Assembly (NCBI GenBank): GCA_965204745.1
Contig: OZ242010.1
Location: 5,184,001-5,248,000, forward strand
Direction of reading: 5' to 3'
DNA: 64,000 nt
Origin: Candidatus Latescibacterota bacterium
GTDB lineage: Bacteria; Latescibacterota; UBA2968
Part shown: positions 39,925 through 47,821 of the stretch, in pieces
Position numbering within the stretch: the stretch's first letter is position 1
Layout of the letters: every line of letters starts with the position of its first letter
The notes under the pieces: model-generated
Told to the model about the DNA's origin: nothing
What the model saw: the letters and a program-made list of their open reading frames with translations, nothing else
The model's database searches: none
Program-made: the position numbers and the translations under genes

Positions 39925-40932
39925 ATGTCGAAATCTCACCCCGCTTTTGCCGGCATTGATGTCAGTGCCCGCACGTTGTCCGTTGCCCTGTCCAGACCCG
40001 GACAAGCTGTCATGCAAGCGACCTTTGCCAATGATCCCCAAGCGCATAAGCGGTTGCTGAAGTGGCTCACGAAGGGCGGGCACATGGTCTCTGTGTGCCT
40101 CGAAGCGACCGGGCTTTACAGTTTGGGGGTGGCCTTGGCCTTGCATCGGCATCGCCACACAAAGGTCATGGTCGTCAATCCCAAAGCGATGAGCAAGTAC
40201 GCCCAAGCCTGCATGCAACGGGCGAAGACGGATGCGAAGGATGCGTTGTTGATCCTCGACTATGCCGAGCGCATGCCTTTTGTGCCTTGGCAAGCGCCGA
40301 GCGAGCAACGGCTTCAACTGCAAGCCCTCACCAGACGCATTGACCAACTCAAGCAGGAGATCATCCGCGAACAGAGCCGCAACCACGCGCAGAGCTACCA
40401 CATCCGCAGCACACGTCTCATCGCACGCGATATTCAGGTGAATATTCGACACTTCAAACGCCGGATTGCATACTTGGAAAGCCAAGCCCTCGATCTCGTT
40501 TTGCACGATGAGCCCCTCAAGCGTGCCTACCAACGCCTCTGCTCGACGCCTGGCATCGCGCAAACGAGTGCCTTGCGGCTCTTGGCCGAGTTGACCCTTT
40601 TGCCAGAGGAGATGCAACCGCCCCAGTGGGTCGCACATGCAGGCCTGGATCCCAAACCCAAACAATCCGGAACCGCCAATCCACAAAGACGCATCTCGAA
40701 AACCGGGAATAAGTACCTCCGCCATGCCCTCTATATGCCTGCCTGGGTGGCCATCAGACACGAAGGCCATGTCAAAGCCTTCTATGACCAACTCATCGCC
40801 CGCGGCAAGAAACCTTTGCAGGCTATCGTTGCGGTGATGCGAAAGTTGCTCCATTCGATCTGGGGCATGTTGCGCCATGACCAAGATTTTGAGGGCGAAA
40901 AATTCTATCGAATCACCCCGAAAACCCCTTGA
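39925..40932 (+). CDS. IS110 DEDD recombinase/transposase
   Basis: Same protein as 14967-15974. Confidence 0.95.
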   Translation: MSKSHPAFAGIDVSARTLSVALSRPGQAVMQATFANDPQAHKRLLKWLTKGGHMVSVCLEATGLYSLGVALALHRHRHTKVMVVNPKAMSKYAQACMQRAKTDAKDALLILDYAERMPFVPWQAPSEQRLQLQALTRRIDQLKQEIIREQSRNHAQSYHIRSTRLIARDIQVNIRHFKRRIAYLESQALDLVLHDEPLKRAYQRLCSTPGIAQTSALRLLAELTLLPEEMQPPQWVAHAGLDPKPKQSGTANPQRRISKTGNKYLRHALYMPAWVAIRHEGHVKAFYDQLIARGKKPLQAIVAVMRKLLHSIWGMLRHDQDFEGEKFYRITPKTP

Positions 40933-41052
40933 CCTTTTAAGAGAGTATCTTGCCTCTTGCTTCTCCCCTCTCCCCTGTGGTTGTGCGGCGGGGCGGCGGC
41001 GAAGCCTACCATTTTTATCTTGATTTCGTTCAAATAATCGCTAACTTGGGGT

Positions 41053-41255
41053 TGTCAACCATCGAGCAGAGCCCGCATGTCGGGTAGCCTGCTGAATAGA
41101 ATAGCCTACTCAACTGGCGGCGGGTCGCTCCCGGCACCAAGGCGAATAAGTAGGACCCTTCCCGCATCTCTCTGCGTGATGGTTGACACTGCCCGGCCCC
41201 TATGCTGGCGCAGCGTCAACCTGCCTTCAATCTGTCAACCATCCACGTCAACACG
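41053..41255 (+). ncRNA. Candidate structured leader or ncRNA closed by TGTCAACCATC/GATGGTTGACA
   Basis: Outer stem plus GCAGAG/CTCTGC, CCCG/CGGG and CCTACT/AGTAGG; downstream GTCAAC repeats; promoter-like TTGATT...TAACTT upstream. Confidence 0.4.
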
Positions 41256-41544
41256 CAAAGGAGAGATGCCATGTTCATGTTCAAGAACACCTTCACTTAA
41301 CCCCCCGCAACGAGTTCCATTCTCTTTTTGTCTGACCTAACGCAATGGTTTGCACCACGCGCTCTTGCGCCCCTGCGTCGCGTCAGTCACCAACTTTCTC
41401 AAATTCCCCGTGCGTCCAAAAGTGGGCTTGATTTTGGACAGGGGAAATCATTCTGCTATGTACCCCAATCCGAAACAGAAAGCGTTGTTTGGGTTGGGCA
41501 ATGTCGCACGAGTCGCAAACCACCTGTTTCAAAGGAGATGTGTC

Positions 41545-42495
41545 ATGACGATGCAAGCACAACTCAACCAGTATTACAAGGATGTTGGTATCGCGCCTGT
41601 GGTCCCTAAGGATGTTGGCATCACGCCTGTGGATTCTATGGAAGACATCCAAAAAAAGATGTTCTGCGAGTTTCCGTGCGAAAAGAGGGCCGACTGCCGG
41701 GAAGCCTGCCTTGGAGCTTGGAACAAAAAAGAAGAGTTTGTGTTTGAACCTCGTATTGATGGCGTTACCGTCAGCCAAGAATATCAAGCCGGAAAGTACC
41801 ACGGGGACAGAATCCCCCGGATTGTGGTTCTCTCTCTGTCCGCTCCACAGCCTAGTCCTGGGCAAATTCTGTCCATTCCACAGCCGAAGGAAGAGCAAGA
41901 TAAGCCTGCCGCAAATTCCAAGACTCGCTGGCGGGCCTCTCACTGGCCTGAAACTTTGGCGATGGTCCGGAGCTTTCTTCTTTCCTTCATTGCATGTGAG
42001 AACTTTCCAGGGCCAGCGACGTACCAGGAAGCCAAAAGTAAAAAGGAGATCGAAAAACTCTTTGTTCATGTGCGAACGGCAAAGTGTTGCTCCAATGCCA
42101 AAGGAACCAGTCAAGAGCCTGGTAAAGTGTACGAGAATTGTGGCGGTTATCTCGGGAAGGAACTGAGCATTCTTAAACCCGACGTGATCGTTACCCAAGG
42201 CAACCAAGCACATTGGAGGGCAGTAGAGCATGCTTTTGAGGAAAATGCAAATATCTCAGTTGAGGAAGTAAGAGGTATTGAGACCAAGAATTGCATCGCA
42301 TGCATCGTGAATCTAAAGGAAGGCAACCAGCGCGTCTATTGGCTACCGTTGTACCATCCTCGTGCTGTACGCTATTATTATCCCCAGGCTGGTGATAAAA
42401 TTGACTGTGAGAGCAATGTTGGGAGTTGGAGTGCAATGCGGAAGAACCTCGTGCGCTATGGCGAGGCGATCAAGGATTTCATCAACGATAGATAA
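41545..42495 (+). CDS. Uracil-DNA glycosylase-like superfamily protein
   Basis: N-terminal Cys cluster, TAKCC, CGGYL.KEL.ILKPDVIVTQG, LYHP; AAGGAG RBS. Confidence 0.7.
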   Translation: MTMQAQLNQYYKDVGIAPVVPKDVGITPVDSMEDIQKKMFCEFPCEKRADCREACLGAWNKKEEFVFEPRIDGVTVSQEYQAGKYHGDRIPRIVVLSLSAPQPSPGQILSIPQPKEEQDKPAANSKTRWRASHWPETLAMVRSFLLSFIACENFPGPATYQEAKSKKEIEKLFVHVRTAKCCSNAKGTSQEPGKVYENCGGYLGKELSILKPDVIVTQGNQAHWRAVEHAFEENANISVEEVRGIETKNCIACIVNLKEGNQRVYWLPLYHPRAVRYYYPQAGDKIDCESNVGSWSAMRKNLVRYGEAIKDFINDR

Positions 42496-42504
42496 TGTGA
42501 TGAG

Positions 42505-42539
42505 AAAGGGGGTGATACCTTGTGCTGTCATCTCCTTTT
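42505..42539 (+). terminator. Hairpin GGGGGTGATA-CCTTGTGC-TGTCATCTCC followed by TTTT
   Basis: About 10 nt after the stop codon; near-identical hairpin at 47369-47401. Confidence 0.65.
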
Positions 42540-43245
42540 AACTTTTCATTGTTTCGAGCAGTTTCACGCGAGCGGCGAGGAGCGCAACGTGATCGAAGAA
42601 TGGCGCAAACGCGCTGGACGCAGGTGATGTGAACGCTTTATCTGTTGTGCGGAAAACAACAGACACACTCATTTTTTTTGCTCTTATTGGAGGCAGTCAT
42701 GAGTCGTTTGCTCGGTTATCTCGCAATTCTTGCCCTCGCGCTGGCAATGCACTATTCCGTAGCAGCACAAAACAATGCCAATGCCGACTTTGATGGCGAT
42801 GGCACGGTTGGCTTTTCAGACTTCTTGGCGTTTGCAGGGCAATATGGCACCCAGCGCGGAGACGGCAGATACCAAGCCAAGTACGATCTGAATAGCGATG
42901 GCATGATAGACTTTGCCGACTTCCTGCTCTTTGCCAGCAGTTTTGGCAACACGCACATTCCGGCCGCCAATTCGGGCCAACCCGTCGTTGACCAAAACAT
43001 CGATCTGCCGGCTGGGAATTACATTCAATTCCGCTTTACTGTCGATACAGACACACAGCAAAACGTCGTTCTCCAAGGCGAGTTCAGCGTTGAGAACGGC
43101 ACCGTGCAGATGGCTGTGATGAACGAATCCGAATTTCGGACATGGCAAACAGGGGGAATGCCCGGCGTGCTTTATAGCCCGGGCAATACCTCTGGCGAGA
43201 CCTTTCGCCTGCCCATTGACGATAGCGACACCTACTATATCGTTT

Positions 43246-44024
43246 TTAGGTTCTGTTGACATTTTGTTTTAGAGCGATGAGCGTGGCCGCAAAAGCGAGA
43301 AAGCCTCGATAACTCGTGCTGAGTTTCTCAAAGCGAGCAAATATCCTGCGATACTGCTTCATTTTTCCAATCAACCGCTCAATCAAATTGCGTTGCTTAT
43401 ACCGATGGCGATCATAATCACGCGGGGTCTTGCGATAAGACCGGGGCGGAATCACGGCAACCTGTCCATGGTGAGAAAGGACGTCCAGAAACGCTTGTGA
43501 ATCATAGCCCTTATCCGCGATGACAGATCGGCTCTCATACCCAGCGATTAACGCTTCGGCTTGCGTGATATCGTGGGTTTGTCCCGGTGTGAGTCGAAAC
43601 CGGAGCGGGAGGCCACGCGCATCTGTGCAGAGATGGATTTTGGTGCTGAACCCGCCTCGGCTCTTGCCGAGGGCTTGCGCGGCTTGCCCCCCTTTTTTTT
43701 TGAGGCACCCGCTGCACAGGCATGAGCACGCACGACAGTGCTGTCAATGATCAGACATGCCAAGTCTGGATCAGACGTAAAATGCTGGTGCATGCGTTCC
43801 CACACGCCATACCGGCACCAGCGAGCAAAGCGTTTATAGACTGTGTTCCACTTCCCGTACTGTGCGGGCAACTGACGCCACTGACCACCCGAGCGCATCA
43901 CCCACAGAACCGCTTCAATGAAGCGTTTGCAACCGGCTTCCTCGCCGACATAGACGCGAGGGCATTCGCGGATGAATGCGAGAATTTTAGGCCACTGGTT
44001 CGCAGAAAGAATAAGGTTTGACAT
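43246..44024 (-). CDS. IS5 transposase in two ORFs joined by a -1 frameshift at A9G6 (43687-43701)
   Basis: WRQLPAQYGKWNTVYKRF and IIDST in ORF A; GKSRGGFSTKIH, ADKGYD, RNLIER in ORF B. Confidence 0.9.
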
Positions 44025-44066
44025 ACACACAGAGTAACTCAAAATATCCCAAATGTCAACAGAACC
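43249..44066 (-). mobile_element. IS5-family element (IS427-like group) with 16-bp IRs and flanking TA
   Basis: GGTTCTGTTGACATTT / AAATGTCAACAGAACC, each flanked by TA. Confidence 0.93.
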
Positions 44067-44359
44067 TAATCAGTCCATAACGCTAAAAAAATAAAATGTC
44101 AACACGACCTAGCAACAGGGGGTCAACTGCTGTTACGATTGAGGCCGATATTTCCCTGGGTCCTGACGGTGGGGACGGTGGGGACGGTGGGGATAGCGAG
44201 ACAGTTGTCATTTCCGATTCCACGCTACGCGCTGTGATTTCGGGCAATTTAGGCAAGGCACGCCGTGCGCCTATCACCCGGGCTGACATGGCGACCTTGA
44301 GGCGGATTTACGCACGATATGAGAATATTAACGATTTGACAGGGCTTGAGTTTGCAACC

Positions 44360-44995
44360 AACCTGACAAGGTTAGACCTTGGCTACAACCAAATATCGGA
44401 TATCACCGCGCTAGCGGGATTAACCAAACTGACATGGTTAGACCTTCACGACAACAAGATATCGGATATCACCGCGCTAGCGGGATTAACCAAACTGGAC
44501 ACGTTAGACCTTGGCTACAGAAACCGAATATCGGATATCACCGCGCTAGCGGGATTAACCAAACTGACATGGTTAGACCTTTCCGACAACCGAATATCGG
44601 ATATCACCGCGCTAGCGGGATTAACCAAACTGACATGGTTAGACCTTCGTAGCAACCAGATATCGGATATCGCCGTGCTAGCGGGATTAACCAAACTGGA
44701 CACGTTAGACCTTGGCGGCAACCAGATATCGGATTCGGATATCGCCGCGCTAGCGGGATTAACCAAACTGACATGGTTAGACCTTGGCTATAACCACCTA
44801 TCGGATATCGCCGCACTATCGACCTTAACCAACCTGGAAGGGTTAAGGCTTTACGAGAACCACCTATCGGATATCGCCGCGCTAGCGGCCTTAACCAACC
44901 TGACAAGGTTAGACCTTCACTACAACCAAATATCGTATATCGCCGTGCTATCGGGATTAACCAAGTTGACAAGGTTAGACCTTCGCTACAACCCG
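44360..44995 (+). repeat. 66-bp coding tandem repeats (LRR units)
   Basis: Near-identical ATCGGATATCACCGCGCTAGCGGGATTAACCAAACTG units. Confidence 0.9.
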
Positions 44996-45103
44996 TTGAG
45001 TGCCACATCAATCAACACGCACATTCCGGCCCTTCGGGCCAGAGGGGTTAGGGTGTATTTTTAGTTCAGTGGACAAGGCTTGCACCGCGAAAGGGGGTGA
45101 CTG

Positions 45104-45259
45104 ATGGCAAAAAAGTTGCCTTCGTTCCGATTCGGGCGTAGGGTTAGGGCGTTGTTCGATTATTATTTTTCAAAAGGGGGAATTTTTCCCCGTTTATCGA
45201 ATGCTCGTGGGGCCTGGGAATCCCGTGCGGTACGGCATTCGGAAAATCACTCTCAATAG
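45104..45259 (+). CDS. Small 51-aa hypothetical protein (MAKKLPSFRF...)
   Basis: Strong AGGGGGTGA SD just before the ATG; below the ORF-track cutoff. Confidence 0.3.
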   Translation: MAKKLPSFRFGRRVRALFDYYFSKGGIFPRLSNARGAWESRAVRHSENHSQ

Positions 45260-45568
45260 TTTTAGGTGGTCCCACCCGGCCTTCTAATTCCTCGTTTTGA
45301 GAGTGACGAGTGAATTAGAAGGCTTTTCTTGTGGGGGATTGCAATGGATGCTGTTCGTATATCCTTTGATCGTTTGGCGTGTATGGAGGGGCCCCAATAG
45401 TTGTCTAAGGAGTATTTGTGGGCGATAGCGCGGGCAATCACCGAGGCTCCTTTTGCGGAATTGCGCGGGGGGCTTTGTGATTCGATGGAGAGTCGCTATT
45501 ACGACTATGAAAAAAAGATTAAAGCGGAAGGGGCGTATCAACGCTTCTTGCAGGAAGAAGGAGGTTAG

Positions 45569-45880
45569 ATGGAAAATTTTAGACGTGTGGTTTCGTGGAT
45601 CGCCTTCGCCGTTTTGGTGATCGTCACCCTTGGTTTTTTTGGTTTCTATCCACGCGATAATTTTCGTGAGGCTTCGGCAGTCCAGATCATAATTGGGTGG
45701 ACTTTATATTTGGGGATACTCATTTCGGTCTATTATCTGGCTTCGGATTCTAAGATTGCCAAGCGGTTGCGTAGGGATGAGGAGAGGGAAATGCATGAAC
45801 TTTTTGAGGCCGTGCGCGAGCGGTGGCCGAAGGCGAGCGAGAGGAAGGCGAAGGTACCAAAAAGTGGTACGACTGATTAA
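45569..45880 (+). CDS. Small two-TM membrane protein
   Basis: AGGAGG RBS; two hydrophobic segments. Confidence 0.6.
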   Translation: MENFRRVVSWIAFAVLVIVTLGFFGFYPRDNFREASAVQIIIGWTLYLGILISVYYLASDSKIAKRLRRDEEREMHELFEAVRERWPKASERKAKVPKSGTTD

Positions 45881-46033
45881 AAAAAGCGTCACCGGGTGGG
45901 GTAACCTGGCGACGCCACGTCCTCAAAAGCCTCTGGCCCGTAGATGCCCTCAAGTTGGCAGAACGCTTGCTTTCGCCCGATGTATGACACCCCCGCCTAA
46001 CCGCGCCGAAATAGACAGAGAGCGTTTTGCCAC

Positions 46034-46062
46034 TTGACATAGCACAGATAGTACTATATACT
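46034..46062 (+). promoter_or_regulatory. Sigma70-type promoter
   Basis: TTGACA-17 bp-TATACT. Confidence 0.75.
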
Positions 46063-46126
46063 GTATCTAACCGCCGAAGCAGAAAGCGTTGTTTGAGATA
46101 GATTCATTCACAGGAAAGGAAGGGCT

Positions 46127-47206
46127 ATGTTATTCAGACTCATTCGCACGGATCAAAAGCCCATATTTCAGCGGTTTATGAAATGTAAGGCATCAGATTT
46201 GAACCTGAAAGAAAAGGATGTAGAAAACTGGCTAGCAGAGAACCCGGAGTTGTTGTTCGGCGTCGAGCAGGTATTAGTGATTACACAATCTATCGGGGGT
46301 CAACATATGGCCGACATAATGGCTTTGGACGCCGATGGGCGTCTGGTCATTGTGGAAATAAAACGGGACCGGTCTAACAGAGAGACAGTTGGGCAGTTGC
46401 TTGAATATGCTGCTGCCAGAGTAGGAAGTAACTATGAGGACCTAGAAGAATTGCACCGGAAGTACTGGCACCAGTGCAAAAAAAAAGATCCATACGTTTC
46501 CTTAATTGAGCAATTTCGAGCTCTAACCGATGACCCCAAAGCTGATCAGAGGGACATTCCCAAATCTCGGCAAGGTCATCGGATTTGTATTGTGGCGCCC
46601 AGTTCTGATGAGGGTTTGTCTCGAATTGTAGAATGGTTAAAAGAGTATGGTGTGCCGATTAGCTTTGTGCCTTTCACGCTCTATACAGACAGAGATAACG
46701 ACGACATTCTACTGGACATAGAGCCCCTACCTGAGCCGTTGCCTGAAGGTCATGCGACCCAAAAAAATGTTATGGAAGACCGAGACCGATTATTCAATAC
46801 AAATGAAAAAAACGCACAGGGGGCTTACAAAAAGATGTTTGAGAAAGGTGTAATCGCTATTTATGGCTATGAGACAGGCCCTCAGAATCTAATGGGAAGT
46901 GTCAAAGGCCAGCGGGTATTTGCTTATGTCAATGGCAAGGGAATTTTGGCAGTTGGAAAGATCGTTAATTCTGAACCCGTGGCTGTGGCTGGTGACACTG
47001 ACACTGTCTTTGGTGTAGGTGAAGAGTTTCAGGTAGAAGTTGATTGGGAGACAATCGTAGATGAAGATAAGGGCGTAACAATCACGCAAGTCAAAAAGCA
47101 ACACGGCTATAGGCTCCCTGTCCGCAATGTCTTTTGCAACATGTATTGTCCTTCTGATGTCACAAACTGGATTTTTGAAGAGCTTCAACGCAACGCAAAA
47201 AAATAA
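46127..47206 (+). CDS. NucS/EndoMS-like PD-(D/E)XK nuclease with an extra C-terminal domain
   Basis: EKDVENWL..NP, ADIMALD..GRLVIVEIKR, GQLLEY; low GC. Confidence 0.75.
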   Translation: MLFRLIRTDQKPIFQRFMKCKASDLNLKEKDVENWLAENPELLFGVEQVLVITQSIGGQHMADIMALDADGRLVIVEIKRDRSNRETVGQLLEYAAARVGSNYEDLEELHRKYWHQCKKKDPYVSLIEQFRALTDDPKADQRDIPKSRQGHRICIVAPSSDEGLSRIVEWLKEYGVPISFVPFTLYTDRDNDDILLDIEPLPEPLPEGHATQKNVMEDRDRLFNTNEKNAQGAYKKMFEKGVIAIYGYETGPQNLMGSVKGQRVFAYVNGKGILAVGKIVNSEPVAVAGDTDTVFGVGEEFQVEVDWETIVDEDKGVTITQVKKQHGYRLPVRNVFCNMYCPSDVTNWIFEELQRNAKK

Positions 47207-47219
47207 TGACCGCTTCAAT

Positions 47220-47339
47220 TTGCGCGGTTCATGGAAGATGTGATCGACAACCGCGCAACCGAATGCGTTGAAAGAAATGGAACGAACAGGAGAAAGCCCT
47301 ATTCCATGGGCAAGCATCAAAAAAGAGATCGGATTGTAG
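47220..47339 (+). pseudogene. Frameshifted antitoxin C-terminal remnant
   Basis: FMEDVID... and ALKEMERTGESPIPWASIKKEIGL* lie in different frames. Confidence 0.4.
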
Positions 47340-47368
47340 CGTACACCCCGGTAAGTATTCATTTTTCG

Positions 47369-47401
47369 AGGAGGTGACACCTTGTGCTGTCGCCTCCTTT
47401 T
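47369..47401 (+). terminator. Hairpin GGAGGTGACA-CCTTGTGC-TGTCGCCTCC followed by TTTT
   Basis: Homologous to 42505-42539. Confidence 0.65.
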
Positions 47402-47467
47402 CATTTTATTAACCACTGCATCGTATTTGACATATATTTTTTTTATTACGATTCAATTGGATGACTT

Positions 47468-47791
47468 ATGGATGCGAAAAAGAAAAAACACCTCGAATCT
47501 GCCGGGTGGCGCGTTGGTTCAGCAACAGATTTTCTCGGCCTGAGTGAAGGAGAAGCCGCGTACATCGACCTCAAGCTCACGTTGAGTGAGAAAGTGCGTC
47601 AATGTCGCAAGCGAAAAAAATTGACCCAGACCCAACTGGCGCAACGCCTCAAATCCAGTCAGTCTCGCGTTGCCAAAATCGAAGCGGGCGACCCCTCTGT
47701 TTCGCTGGATTTGTTGATCCGATCCTTGCTCACCCTGGGCGTCACCAAAACCGCTCACTGTTCCCCCCTTCCTCGCAGGAAGGGGGGCTAG
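47468..47791 (+). CDS. XRE-family HTH antitoxin (HigA-like), orphan, C-terminus encoded by a REP
   Basis: GWRVGSATDFLGLS, LTQ..LA...SSQSRVAKIEAGD; last codons lie in the REP at 47761-47803. Confidence 0.8.
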   Translation: MDAKKKKHLESAGWRVGSATDFLGLSEGEAAYIDLKLTLSEKVRQCRKRKKLTQTQLAQRLKSSQSRVAKIEAGDPSVSLDLLIRSLLTLGVTKTAHCSPLPRRKGG

Positions 47792-47821
47792 GGGGGTAGG
47801 TCCCAATAAAAGGAGCGGGAC

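Larger units (their letters stand above)
39655..40951 (+). mobile_element. IS110-family insertion sequence, copy 2 (1297 bp including cores)
   Basis: Junctions CCCC-TCTT-GTATCTTGG and GAGAGTA-TCTT-GCCT. Confidence 0.95.
42699..45064 (+). pseudogene. Secreted protein (EF-hand/dockerin-like, beta-sandwich, internalin-type LRR) interrupted by IS5
   Basis: Signal peptide; DFDGDGTVGFSDF and DLNSDGMIDFADF; removing 43249-44111 restores the frame YYIVF-SNRGSTAV; about ten 22-aa LRRs. Confidence 0.85.

Noticed and set aside
41053-41190. Retron msr-msd or IscB omega-RNA
   Set aside because: No reverse transcriptase, IscB or TnpB gene nearby
42570-42627. EERNVIEEWRKRAGRR resembling the M16 peptidase motif ERGVVIEEWR
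   Set aside because: Too short to distinguish a remnant from chance
44360-44995. Regular repeats resembling a CRISPR array
   Set aside because: In-frame 66-bp coding LRR units with no unique spacers and no cas genes
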